Positions 10,569-20,600 of a stretch of 64,000 nt of DNA are shown here, piece after piece. The notes under the pieces were generated by a model. That model was not told the DNA's origin, did no database searches, and saw only the letters and a program-made list of their open reading frames with translations. Origin of the DNA: Candidatus Moraniibacteriota bacterium (lineage in GTDB: Bacteria; Patescibacteriota; Minisyncoccia; Moranbacterales; UBA1568); the NCBI GenBank assembly GCA_052034935.1, contig JBPOIB010000001.1, forward strand, positions 1,341-65,340. The letters run 5' to 3'. Positions within the stretch are counted from its first letter, which is position 1, and every line of letters starts with the position of its first letter. The position numbers and the translations under genes are program-made.

Positions 10569-11861
10569 ATGGCCAAGGTATTTCTGTACGATGAATACAG
10601 TCCGGAGGATACAGCGATGATGCAGGCGCTCTATTCGAGGAGTGCGGAAAGCGTTGCGGTACATGCTGAAAAAGTGAAATCAAGCGGATCAGGAAAGTTC
10701 ATGGAGCGATTCTATGTCGGTTATGGCCACCAGTCGATTGCCGACTGCGGTAGCACGACGCTCTTTATCGAAGGGGTGAGTATGCTTGCTGATAAGGCCA
10801 TCCAGGACTGGCCGCTCTATGCTGGACAGGAAGTGAGCACTCGGTATATCGACATGAGTAAGCAGCCGATCTATGACCCCATCGGGTCAAAGGCTTCCCA
10901 GGTGATCTTGAAGCGCTGGATGGATTTCTACATCTCCTCTGGACCGATTCTCGAGGTTCATTTGAGACAAAAGTATCCGCGCAAAGAGAGCGAAGACGAA
11001 AAGGTTTACGACAAGGCCATAAAGGTCCGAACATTCGATATCTTACGGAGCTTCTTGCCAGCTGGTATGACAACGCAGCTCTCTTGGCATACGAATTTGC
11101 GCCAGGCGTGGGATAAAATTTCATCTCTCAGACATCATCCGCTCGAAGAGGTGCGTACGGTCACCGATAGTATCTGGAAGGAATTGAAAGGACGCTACCC
11201 CAACAGCTTTAGTCATAAGCTGTACCCGGAGCAGGAGGCCTACCGTGCCACCGTACTCGCCGCCCATACGTATTTCGCTCCGAAGAAATTTCCCAAGAAA
11301 TTCTCATTCTCTTCGACGCTCAAGCCGCCTGTGCTCAGTCCGTATAGAGAGCTGTTGAAAAAGCGTCCGATCAAAACAACCCTACCTTTTTTCATGCGAG
11401 CTTTAGGGACATACTCTTTCGATTTCCTGCTCGACTTCGGATCGTTCCGGGACTTGCAACGGCATCGCGCGAGCATTTATCAGATGCCGCTCCTTACGAC
11501 CCAGTACGGCTTTGAAAAGTGGTACCTTGATGAGTTGCCGGTTGCCCTTCAGAAGAAAGCGAAAGCGCTCATCGTATCACAAGAAAAAGCTATCGCTCAG
11601 CTCCGGGTATCGCCGGAGGAGCGCCAGTACTTTATCGCTATGGGTTTCCGGGTACCGTGTCACTTCACGTTCGACCTGCCGGCGCTCGTCTACTTCATCG
11701 AGCTCCGTTCCGGCCGACTGGTACATCCGACGCTTCGTCCTATCGCTCATGCGATGCACGCAGTTGTAAAGAAGAGCCTCCCGATGGTTGCTTTGCATAC
11801 GGACCTCGATAAAGACGACTGGGATGTGCGCCGCGGACTCCAGGATATCGTAAAGAAATAA
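10569..11861 (+). CDS. thyX: flavin-dependent thymidylate synthase, tandem-domain form (degenerate N-terminal ThyX-like domain + C-terminal domain with RHR motif)
   Basis: 430 aa; C-terminal half carries ThyX signature FRDLQRHRASIYQ (RHRx7S-like); N-terminal half resembles ThyX core (HQSIADCGSTTLFIEGVSMLADKAIQD...QEVSTRYI) but lacks RHR. Confidence 0.75.
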   Translation: MAKVFLYDEYSPEDTAMMQALYSRSAESVAVHAEKVKSSGSGKFMERFYVGYGHQSIADCGSTTLFIEGVSMLADKAIQDWPLYAGQEVSTRYIDMSKQPIYDPIGSKASQVILKRWMDFYISSGPILEVHLRQKYPRKESEDEKVYDKAIKVRTFDILRSFLPAGMTTQLSWHTNLRQAWDKISSLRHHPLEEVRTVTDSIWKELKGRYPNSFSHKLYPEQEAYRATVLAAHTYFAPKKFPKKFSFSSTLKPPVLSPYRELLKKRPIKTTLPFFMRALGTYSFDFLLDFGSFRDLQRHRASIYQMPLLTTQYGFEKWYLDELPVALQKKAKALIVSQEKAIAQLRVSPEERQYFIAMGFRVPCHFTFDLPALVYFIELRSGRLVHPTLRPIAHAMHAVVKKSLPMVALHTDLDKDDWDVRRGLQDIVKK

Positions 11862-11881
11862 AAAACTGATTGATTTCTGTT

Positions 11882-12436
11882 ATGCTGAAAATTATCGCGG
11901 TGCTTGGGATGCCGGGAGGGGGAAAGTCAGAAGCGATCGAATATCTCATGACAAAGTACCAGTGGCCGAAGATTTATTTCGCCCAGCCGACTTTTGATGA
12001 GATGGAACGACGGGGACTCGAACGCAATCAGGCGAATGAACGATTAGTGCGCGAAGATCTCCGTAACCTACACGGTGATGATTATTATGCTCGCGAGGCA
12101 GTTAAGAAAGTTGAAGCATTACCTGACGCAAAAGTAATTCTCCTCGAAAGTTTTTATAGCGCGCCAGAATATCGAGTGTTCAAAGATCGTTTCAAAGATG
12201 ATTTTCTCACGATCGCAATTCACACGCGACCTTCTATTCGACATCAGCGGCTGCTTGTTCGACCTGAACGACCACTTACGTTACAGGAATCCGAAGAACG
12301 TGATTGGGCGCAACTTAATCGACTCACGCAGGGAACGCCGATCGCACTCGCCGATTATATGGTTATTAATGAGGGTGAATTGTCTGAGTTGCAGGCGAAG
12401 CTCGATCTCGTGGTGGAACAAATTACGAACCAATAG
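11882..12436 (+). CDS. P-loop nucleotide kinase, phage-T4-Dnmk-like deoxynucleoside monophosphate kinase (putative)
   Basis: ATG at 11882 (track ORF begins at TTG 11870); Walker A IIAVLGMPGGGKS; C-terminal ...YMVINEGELSELQAKL resembles the T4 dNMP kinase tail; sits between thyX and tmk. Confidence 0.5.
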   Translation: MLKIIAVLGMPGGGKSEAIEYLMTKYQWPKIYFAQPTFDEMERRGLERNQANERLVREDLRNLHGDDYYAREAVKKVEALPDAKVILLESFYSAPEYRVFKDRFKDDFLTIAIHTRPSIRHQRLLVRPERPLTLQESEERDWAQLNRLTQGTPIALADYMVINEGELSELQAKLDLVVEQITNQ

Positions 12437-12437
12437 T

Positions 12438-13130
12438 ATGGCAAAACGCGGTAAGTTGATCGTCCTCGATGGAAGCGACGGTTCGGGGAAAGCGACCCAG
12501 GCGCGGTTTTTGATTGCCCGACTCAAGGCTGAAGGATTCAGAACAAAGACGCTTGATTTTCCTCAGTATGAAGCGAACTTTTTTGGTCAGCTGCTCGGTC
12601 GCTCGCTCGCTGGAGAGTTCGGTGATTTCATCGGGATCGATCCACACATCGGGTCCGTGCTCTATGCGGCGGATCGCTTCGAATCAAGACCAATAATCGA
12701 ACGCTGGCTGAAGCAGGGATATACCGTTGTCCTCGATCGCTATGTGAGTGCCAATCAAATCCACCAGGGTGGAAAGATCCGTGATGCAAAGAGACAGAGA
12801 GAATTCCTCAACTGGCTTGATCGGATGGAACACGACATTTTTGGGCTGCCTCGCCCGGACCGAATCGTCTATCTCGATGTGCCGGTCGAAGTTTCTCAGA
12901 GGCTGCTCGGTTTGGAAGAACAGAAACGGAAAAAAGTATATTTGAAAAAGGGGCAGAAAGACCAGGCTGAGAGCAATCCGAAGCATCTCGCTGAAAGTCG
13001 GGAGAATGCACTCCGACTGGTGAAGAAGCTCAATGCTTGGACGAAAATCGATTGTACAAGAAAGGGAGAAATGCTCTCGCGTGAGACGATTGCTGAAAAA
13101 GTCTGGAAAGTAATTGAAAAAAACCTATGA
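12438..13130 (+). CDS. tmk: thymidylate kinase
   Basis: ATG at residue 81 of track ORF 12198..13130; P-loop LIVLDGSDGSGKATQ, DRY-like VVLDRYVSAN, lid region; 1-nt gap after upstream kinase gene. Confidence 0.85.
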   Translation: MAKRGKLIVLDGSDGSGKATQARFLIARLKAEGFRTKTLDFPQYEANFFGQLLGRSLAGEFGDFIGIDPHIGSVLYAADRFESRPIIERWLKQGYTVVLDRYVSANQIHQGGKIRDAKRQREFLNWLDRMEHDIFGLPRPDRIVYLDVPVEVSQRLLGLEEQKRKKVYLKKGQKDQAESNPKHLAESRENALRLVKKLNAWTKIDCTRKGEMLSRETIAEKVWKVIEKNL

Positions 13131-13549
13131 ATATTCACGTAAAGAAACTGCATCCGGACGCGGTTCTGCCAGCCTTCGCTCATCCTGGCGATGCGGGGAT
13201 GGACTTGTACTCGGTAGAGGATATGGTGCTCGAGCCGGGCGAGCGGCGCTCGGTGCCGACGGGGATCGCGATCGCGCTCCCGGACGGTTATGTCAGTCTC
13301 GTTTGGGACAAGAGCGGCGTCTCGCATAAATTCGGTGTGAAGACGCTCGGCGGCGTGCTCGATAGCGGCTATCGTGGTGAATACTTGATCGGTCTCGTCA
13401 ATCTGGGACAGGAAAATTTCGAGATAAAAAAGGGCCAGAAAATCGCTCAACTCTTGATTCAAAAAGTCGAGCGGCCGGATATCACGGTCGTCGATGAGTT
13501 GGACGAGACGAGTCGTGGGGCTGGAGGTTTCGGGTCGACTGGGGTATAA
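13127..13549 (+). CDS. dut: dUTP diphosphatase
   Basis: 140 aa; dUTPase motifs AGMDLYS, GLVWDKSGVSHKFGV, LDSGYRGE, SRGAGGFGSTG; 4-nt ATGA overlap with tmk. Confidence 0.9.
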   Translation: MNIHVKKLHPDAVLPAFAHPGDAGMDLYSVEDMVLEPGERRSVPTGIAIALPDGYVSLVWDKSGVSHKFGVKTLGGVLDSGYRGEYLIGLVNLGQENFEIKKGQKIAQLLIQKVERPDITVVDELDETSRGAGGFGSTGV

Positions 13550-13561
13550 TCACTCCTTCCT

Positions 13562-13969
13562 ATGAAAATCTATTTTGCTGGTTCCATCCGCGGCGGTCGT
13601 GAGGACGCTCCACTCTATGCGGAAATCATCACCCTTCTTCAGCAATACGGAGAAGTACTGACGGAACATGTCGGCAATGTCAGCCTCTCCGTTCAGGGTG
13701 AAGGGAAGGCAGCAGAAGTAATTTTTCAGCGGGATGTTGATTGGATTCGCGAGGCGGACGTGATTGTCGCGGAGGTGACAACCGTTTCGCTCGGGGTCGG
13801 CTATGAAATCGGGTTTGCGGAACAGATCGGGAAGAAAATCATCTGTCTTTATCGGCCACAGGCAAAGCGACGGCTCTCGGCGATGATACTCGGAAACACG
13901 AAGCTGACGGTGGTAGAATATGAGGGTATGGAAGACGTGGCAAAGAAGCTTAAAGAACTGTTAGGATAA
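13562..13969 (+). CDS. 2'-deoxynucleoside 5'-phosphate N-hydrolase (DNPH1/Rcl family, nucleoside 2-deoxyribosyltransferase fold)
   Basis: 135 aa; near-perfect family motifs MKIYFAGSIRGGRED, VLTEHV, ADVIVAEVTTVSLGVGYEIG, LSAMILG. Confidence 0.75.
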   Translation: MKIYFAGSIRGGREDAPLYAEIITLLQQYGEVLTEHVGNVSLSVQGEGKAAEVIFQRDVDWIREADVIVAEVTTVSLGVGYEIGFAEQIGKKIICLYRPQAKRRLSAMILGNTKLTVVEYEGMEDVAKKLKELLG

Positions 13970-13974
13970 GCATT

Positions 13975-15450
13975 ATGGCACAGTACGAACCGACAATCGG
14001 AATGGAGGTCCATGTGGAGCTAAAAACAGCTTCCAAGATGTTTTGCCGCTGCAAAAATAGCCGCGGAATGGAAACCGAGCCCAATGTGCATGTCTGCCAT
14101 GTCTGTACCGGGCAGCCGGGTGCTTTGCCGGTCCCGAACGAAGAGGCGATCAAGGGCGTTCAGAAAGTGGGCTTGGCACTCAACTGCGCGCTCCGCTTCC
14201 ACTCGAAATTCGACCGGAAGAACTATTTTTACCCGGATTTACCAAAAGGATATCAGATCTCGCAGTTCGATGAGCCATTCTGCGAGCATGGCACCATGGA
14301 AATCGGCGGCAAGCCGTTCAATGTGACACGCATCCATCTGGAAGAAGATACCGGCAAGCTGACCCACCCGGACGGCGCTGACCACACACTCGTCGACTAC
14401 AACCGGGCCGGACTGCCCCTCATGGAACTCGTGACGGAACCGGATTTCTCGAATGCGAAAGACGCTCGGACTTTTTGTCAGAAACTCCAGCAGATTTTAC
14501 GTTACCTCGACGTGTCCGATGCTGATATGGAGAAAGGCCAGATGCGTTGCGAGGTGAACATCTCACTCCATGAAGTCGGCGCCGACCGTTTGTCCGGGAC
14601 GAAAGTCGAAGTGAAGAATATCAACTCTTTCCGTTCCGTCGAGCGGGCAATTGAATTCGAAATCGTTCGCCAGACAGAAGCACTTGAAAAAGGCGAGAAA
14701 ATCGTGCAGGAGACACGCGGCTGGGATGAGAACCGGAACGCAACGGTCTCACAGCGAAAAAAGGAATCGGCCCATGACTACCGTTATTTCCCCGAACCGG
14801 ATATCGCCCCTTTTGATTTCACTGGCGATTATGTCACGGCACTGAAGGAATCACTGCCGGAACTGCCGGACGCGAAGCTCACCCGCTTCGTGGCGGAGTT
14901 TTCTTTGCCTGAATCTGACGCTGCACTTTTGACTGAAGACAAAGAGGTTGCTCATTACTTCGAAGCGGTGGCGAGCGAACTTGGCGCTAAACATGATGGT
15001 GAGGAACTCTCGGCTGATGTGCCGAAAGCGGTGAAACTTGCAGCGAACTACTTCATCACGGAAGTCCGGAAGCATTTGGCTGAAATCGGAAAATCAATCA
15101 ACGAGTTTGTCATCACGCCTGAGAACTTTGCTGAATTCATCGCACTCGTCGCAGATGGAAAGATCAACTCCAGCGCGGCGCAGACGGTCCTCGCTGAGAT
15201 GTACAAGGGCGAAGACAATGATCCATCGCATATCGTCGAACGGCTCAACCTCGCCCAGATGAGCGACGCCGGTGAGCTTGAGGGAATTATTGATACGATA
15301 CTCGCAAATAACGCTCAATCGGTCGCTGACTTCAAAGCGGGTAAAGCGAACGCGCTTCAATACCTGGTGGGTCAGGTGATGAAAGAGACAAAGGGGAAAG
15401 CCAACCCAGGTGTCGCCAAGGAACTCTTGCAGAAAAAGATTGCAGCGTAA
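13975..15450 (+). CDS. gatB: Asp-tRNA(Asn)/Glu-tRNA(Gln) amidotransferase subunit B
   Basis: 491 aa; GatB N-terminus YEPTIGMEVHVELKT, Zn-site CRC...HVCHVCTG, C-terminal GatB/YqeY tail. Confidence 0.9.
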   Translation: MAQYEPTIGMEVHVELKTASKMFCRCKNSRGMETEPNVHVCHVCTGQPGALPVPNEEAIKGVQKVGLALNCALRFHSKFDRKNYFYPDLPKGYQISQFDEPFCEHGTMEIGGKPFNVTRIHLEEDTGKLTHPDGADHTLVDYNRAGLPLMELVTEPDFSNAKDARTFCQKLQQILRYLDVSDADMEKGQMRCEVNISLHEVGADRLSGTKVEVKNINSFRSVERAIEFEIVRQTEALEKGEKIVQETRGWDENRNATVSQRKKESAHDYRYFPEPDIAPFDFTGDYVTALKESLPELPDAKLTRFVAEFSLPESDAALLTEDKEVAHYFEAVASELGAKHDGEELSADVPKAVKLAANYFITEVRKHLAEIGKSINEFVITPENFAEFIALVADGKINSSAAQTVLAEMYKGEDNDPSHIVERLNLAQMSDAGELEGIIDTILANNAQSVADFKAGKANALQYLVGQVMKETKGKANPGVAKELLQKKIAA

Positions 15451-15454
15451 ATCT

Positions 15455-16051
15455 ATGCAACAAGTGGTAGTCATTGGCGGTGGTGATACCTTTGATACGT
15501 ATGACGGCTACCTCGCCGCGCTCCGTGGGCGAATGCTTACGCTTGAACGGTTGCGCGGCGGCGGATGGAAATCTGTTCTTGGTTCAGCTCTTGGGGATGG
15601 GTATGAAGTGCTATCGCTTCGCATGCCGTGCCCGGACAATGCGAAGTATCTCGAATGGAAGATCGTCTTCGAACAGCTCCTTCCACTCCTTCCAGCGCCG
15701 GCTATTTTCATCGGTCACTCGCTTGGCGGCATCTTTCTCGCGAAATACTTTTCTGAGGAGAGAAAATTTGAAAAAGCCAAAGCTCTTTTCCTCATCGCTG
15801 CGCCGTACGAGAGCGGAGATGAATACTCGCTCGTTGACTTTAAGTTTACCGATGATCTGCGAGGTCTCGCTTCATCAGACACTCCTGTTCATCTGTATCA
15901 GAGCAAAGATGATGTAATAGTGTCTTTCTCAAACCTTGAACGTTACCTTCGAGCGCTCCCATCTTCGCTCCCTCATGTTTTCGATGATCGCGGACATTTT
16001 CTTGGTGAGGAATTCCCCGAGCTCGTTGAGGATATCCTTAGAATCACCTAG
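15455..16051 (+). CDS. alpha/beta-hydrolase fold serine hydrolase (YdeN/RBBP9-like)
   Basis: ATG at residue 16 of track ORF; nucleophile elbow GHSLGG, ~200 aa. Confidence 0.6.
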   Translation: MQQVVVIGGGDTFDTYDGYLAALRGRMLTLERLRGGGWKSVLGSALGDGYEVLSLRMPCPDNAKYLEWKIVFEQLLPLLPAPAIFIGHSLGGIFLAKYFSEERKFEKAKALFLIAAPYESGDEYSLVDFKFTDDLRGLASSDTPVHLYQSKDDVIVSFSNLERYLRALPSSLPHVFDDRGHFLGEEFPELVEDILRIT

Positions 16052-16121
16052 CTTTTTGATAGGCCCCTTGTCTCACTGAAGAGTCGGGTTTATAGTCCAG
16101 AGTGAAGATGTTCTGAAAAAT

Positions 16122-16694
16122 ATGAATCCTCAAAATAAAAAAATTACCCTCGGAATTCTGCTAACGTTCGTAACGGCCGCTTCCCTCGTTAGTCTGACCG
16201 TCCTTGTCTTTGGTCCGAAGCAAGAAACGCTGCTTGAACCAATGAGTATGAGTTCTCACGTACCTGCGGTAGCTGCTCCGGAAAGTACTGGACATGACGA
16301 TGAAAAACTACCTCGGAATTTACTGGTGAATGGTAAAGCAACAATCGAAGCGAGCTGCGCTCCTTGGGACGGTGCGGCGATTTTCATAAGGACGGATCTG
16401 GACGGAAAATATCTTGGCGTTTCCCTCTTTGCTCGGGGTCTCGAAGATTTCCGTTCGGGCAAAAAAGTCGTTATCGACGGCGGTTCGAACAGCATCACAG
16501 CAACAGGCAATGCAACACTGTGCGACTCGGCTAAAAAATGCACCGCATATGCGGCGGGACGGGTATCGATCCAAAACCAGTCTTCCGAGTATAGTGAAGA
16601 AATTCCTCTCTACCTCGATATCACCGTTGATGGACGGCTAGTGCCCGTCGAAGCAAACTGGAAAAGAGAGTCTTCTTCTGTCGTGTGCGGCTGA
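16122..16694 (+). CDS. hypothetical membrane-anchored/secreted protein with 4 Cys
   Basis: 190-aa ORF; N-terminal TM/signal anchor ITLGILLTFVTAASLVSLTVLVF then soluble domain; no known motif. Confidence 0.45.
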   Translation: MNPQNKKITLGILLTFVTAASLVSLTVLVFGPKQETLLEPMSMSSHVPAVAAPESTGHDDEKLPRNLLVNGKATIEASCAPWDGAAIFIRTDLDGKYLGVSLFARGLEDFRSGKKVVIDGGSNSITATGNATLCDSAKKCTAYAAGRVSIQNQSSEYSEEIPLYLDITVDGRLVPVEANWKRESSSVVCG

Positions 16695-16717
16695 TACGAC
16701 CGCGTTAGTCGGCGGAG

Positions 16718-17614
16718 CTATGCGTTGATTGCACGGAGTGCTTCGGCGGTATCCTTGATCCAGTGAATCTTCACACCCTGCTTTTCGAGCCGGCGCAGCG
16801 ATGATCGCTGTCGCTTGGCGTAGTGAATGATATCGTAGGGGAGATTGGTGTAGAGCTCGGCATCGGTAATGTTTTTCTGAAGGAATTGGACGAGCGCGCG
16901 ATATTCGAGACCGAAGGATTCCATCCGTTCGTAGGAAAGACCGGCGCGGTTGAGTCGGATTGCTTCGTCGAGCATGCCAGCTTTCATTCGAGCCATTAGG
17001 CGTTCACGGATTTTTTTGTTCAGCTCTTCGACCGGCGGATTGAGGCCGAGGACGGTGTAACCCGAGAGATCGGGGAGGACGGAGCGATCGATTATAGGGA
17101 CACTGCCCAGCGTCTTCGCGATTTCGATGGCGCGCAGGAGTCGAACCTTGTTCGCTTTATCAATCGTCTTGGCGCGTTCAGGGTCGAGGCGTTTCAAGTA
17201 GCCGTAGAGCTCACCGGCATCTTTCTTGCCCCACTTCTCACGGAAGACCGGATCAGGAACGACTTTGGGAAGCGGGAGACCGAGCATGAGTGCTTCGATC
17301 CAGAAGGTCGTGCCGCCGCAGATGATGACTCGTTTGCCGCGCGCTTCGATATCAGCAATCGCCTTCGTGACATCAGCGAGGAAATGAGAAACATTATACT
17401 CAACCTTTGGGTTGGCGATGTCGATGAGGTGGTGGCGGACTTGTCGCTGCTCTTCCCGAGTGACTTTCCCAGTCCCGATGTCCATCCCACGATAGACTTG
17501 CCGGCTGTCAGCGGAAATAATCTCGGCACCGATTTCCCGGGCGAGTTCAATAGCGAGCGTCGACTTTCCGGAGGCGGTCGGTCCGACAATGACGATGATA
17601 GGAAGCTTTTCCAT
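16718..17614 (-). CDS. miaA: tRNA dimethylallyltransferase
   Basis: 298 aa; P-loop IVGPTASGKST, SADSRQVYRGMDIGTGK motif characteristic of MiaA. Confidence 0.85.
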   Translation of the reverse strand: MEKLPIIVIVGPTASGKSTLAIELAREIGAEIISADSRQVYRGMDIGTGKVTREEQRQVRHHLIDIANPKVEYNVSHFLADVTKAIADIEARGKRVIICGGTTFWIEALMLGLPLPKVVPDPVFREKWGKKDAGELYGYLKRLDPERAKTIDKANKVRLLRAIEIAKTLGSVPIIDRSVLPDLSGYTVLGLNPPVEELNKKIRERLMARMKAGMLDEAIRLNRAGLSYERMESFGLEYRALVQFLQKNITDAELYTNLPYDIIHYAKRQRSSLRRLEKQGVKIHWIKDTAEALRAINA

Positions 17615-17662
17615 GAGTGATGAGTATGCCAGAAAAAGAACGCTTTGTAAAGAGACCGATAG

Positions 17663-20600
17663 CTAGCTCTCGATTTTCGTGACGCCCGGGAGAGCGGTAA
17701 GCGCCGCAATCGTCTCTGGAGTCTTCTCGATCGAGAAAGAGGTCTGAATCGTCTGGCCAAGGAGTCGGAGCGATACGCCGACCGGTCCAGGAGGGAGGTG
17801 ACGGAGTGTCTTCCCGATCGTATCGAAAAGTTTCGAGTCGGCACTGTCCTCACAATGAACAGTCAAGAATTCCTTGGCTATTTTCGGAGCTTCGGTTTTT
17901 CCGTGTTGGTATTTTTCGTGAGTTTTGGCGACTCGGGCGAAGTCATTCACGACCTCTCGGCTCATTCGTCGCACGTCGTCCGCGGCGAGCCGGAGTAATC
18001 CGTCTTTGCGGGTGATCTTGAGGTCGGCCATGACGATTTCATCCTCGACCATGAGGCCGGCGACCCGCTCAGCCGTCTTTCCAAAGACGAGGAGATCGAC
18101 ACGGCCGGTCATATCCTCGAGCGTGACAAAGTAGAGTGGCTGACCAGTCTTCGAGAGAGATTTGCGGGCGCTCGTGATGACACCGCCGACCGAGACATGT
18201 TTGCCGTCCGGTTCCTTTTCCAGGTGGCCGATCTCAGTTGCGGCCTTCTTCAGATATTCCGCGAACTCAGTCATCGGATGGTCGGTGACGTAGAGGCCGA
18301 GGAGTTCTTTTTCCCACTTGAGGCGTTCTTCCTTGGTCGAGTGGACCGATTCTTTGAGCGGAATCCGCATCTCGGGGAGCGGCATGTCGCCGAAGAGGCT
18401 TTGGCCGTGGGTCTCGCGGAGCGTGCGGAGTTCTTTGCCATGGGTCAGGATGGCATCGAGGTTCTCGAGCACGATCTTGCGTTCCGAAATCGAGTCGAAG
18501 GCCCCGACTTTGGCCAGAGCTTCGATCGTGCGTTTGTTGAGGTCCTTCGCTTGGACGCGTTCCATGAAGTTCTCGAGTGTGGTGAACTTTCCGCCACGTT
18601 CGCGCTCTTTCACTAGTTCTTCCGCCGCGACCGTTCCGACGTTCTTGATGGCGTTTAATCCGAAGCGGATATGCTCTTTGCCGTCAGTGCTCTTGATAAC
18701 GGCGAAGGTATCGAAGGATTCATTCACGTCTGGTGGTAGGACATCGATGCCGATTTCCCGCGATTCGCGGACTTCGATCGCGATGCGGTCCGTATCGCCC
18801 TGGTCGCTAGTGAGGAGCGCCGCCATGAATTCCGCCGGGAAGTGCGCTTTGAGATAGGCCGTCTGATAGCCGATGAGCGCGTAACATGCAGCGTGGGAAC
18901 GGTTGAAGCCGTAGCCTGCGAACGGCTCGATAAAGGCGAAGACTTTCTCGCCGATGGCACGACCGACACCGGTCTTCTCACAGCCTTCGACGAATTTCAC
19001 GCGCTGGCCGTCGACGAGTTCCTTGATTTTCTTACCGACCGCTTTACGGAGCACGTCTGCCTCCCCGAGGGAAAAGCCCGCGAGATCGCGCGCAATCTGC
19101 ATGAGCTGTTCCTGATAGACGGCGACGCCGTAGGTGTTCTTCAAAATTGGCTCGAGCTTTGGATGAAGGTATTGGACCTGCTTGGTACCGTGTTTGCCGG
19201 CGATGAAATCAGGGATGTACTCCATCGGTCCTGGTCGGTAGAGCGCGACCATCGCGATGATGTCTTCGAAAACGCTCGGCTTGAGCTGTTTCAGATAGCG
19301 CTTCATGCCGGTCGATTCGAGCTGGAAGACGCCGGTCGTGTGTGCATCCTGGAGCACCTTGTAGGCGGCCTCATCATCAAGCTCGAGTTTCTCGATGTCG
19401 GGGACTTCCTTGCCACCTTTCTTGGCGATTTTGAGCGTGTTCTCGATGATGGTCAGGTTTTTCAGTCCGAGGAAGTCCATCTTAAGAAGACCGATTTTTT
19501 CGACTGCGTTCGCCTTGGTCGACGAGGCATACTGGGTGACGACCGCATCAGCGCTCCCAGCCACGCGTTGGAGTGGTGTGTATTCGGTAACCGGGTCCTT
19601 GGTGATGACGACACCGCAGGCATGCATCGAGGCATGCCGGGCAAGGCCTTCGATTTTTTTCGCAGCGTCGACGAGGCGTTTCACCTCCGCTGATCCCTCG
19701 TAGTGTGCTTTGAATTCGGGTACCCCCTCGAGCGCTTCGCTGATCGAGGTGAACATCGGGATCATTTTGGCTGTCCGGTCGCAGAGCTCGAGCGGGATGC
19801 CAAGCGCTCGGCCGACATCGCGGATACTGCCGCGAGCGGCCATCGTTCCGAAGGTGATGATCTGAGCGACGTGGTCGGCCCCGTAGCGATGACGGACATA
19901 GTCGAGCACATCTTCGCGACGCGTATCCGCAAAGTCCATATCGACGTCGGGCATCGAAATACGCTCCGGATTGAGAAAGCGCTCGAAGAGGAGATCGTAT
20001 TTGATCGGGTCAAGGTTGGTGATGCCCGTGAGGTAGGCGACGAAGGATCCTGCCGCCGAGCCGCGGCCCGGGCCGACGACGACGCCATTATTCTTCGCCC
20101 AGTTCACGAAGTCCTGGACGATGAGGAAGTATGATGCGAAGCCGGTACCCGCGATGACCGAGAGCTCATAGTTCATGCGCTCTTCGCGCTCGGGCGTGAG
20201 CGTTTCGCCCGGATAGCGTTTCTCGAGACCGGCGAGACAAAGCTCACGGAGGTATTTGTCGGGTGTCGTACCTTCGGGGAGCGGGTACGAAGGCAGCTGG
20301 TTCTCGCCCATTTTCAGACTGAAATCGCACTGGGCAGCGATCTTTTCGGTATTGTCGCAGGCCTCTGGGATATCTTTGAAAAGTTCACGCATCTCGGCTT
20401 CACTTCGAAACGACAGATTGAACGACTTCATGCTGAAGCGCTCGGTGTCGGTCACTTTTTTGTTGTCACGAATCGCGAGGAGGACGTCTTGTGTTTCCGA
20501 ATCTTCGGGGTGGATGTAGTGGATGTCATTCGTCGCGACGAGCGGTATGCCTGTCTCGCGCGAAATCTGGACTAGTCCCTGATTCGCCACCATCTGGTTC

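Noticed and set aside
18842-19693. 283-aa ORF on the + strand (and many other 60-240 aa ORFs, e.g. 24179..24898-, 12896..13462-, 38366..38947-, 26082..26780-) overlapping well-supported genes
   Set aside because: They lie antisense or out of frame to strongly supported genes (dnaE, nusB/rpmF, tmk/dut, purC, smc). Their products are Arg/Ser/Pro-rich low-complexity, as expected for spurious ORFs in GC-rich DNA.
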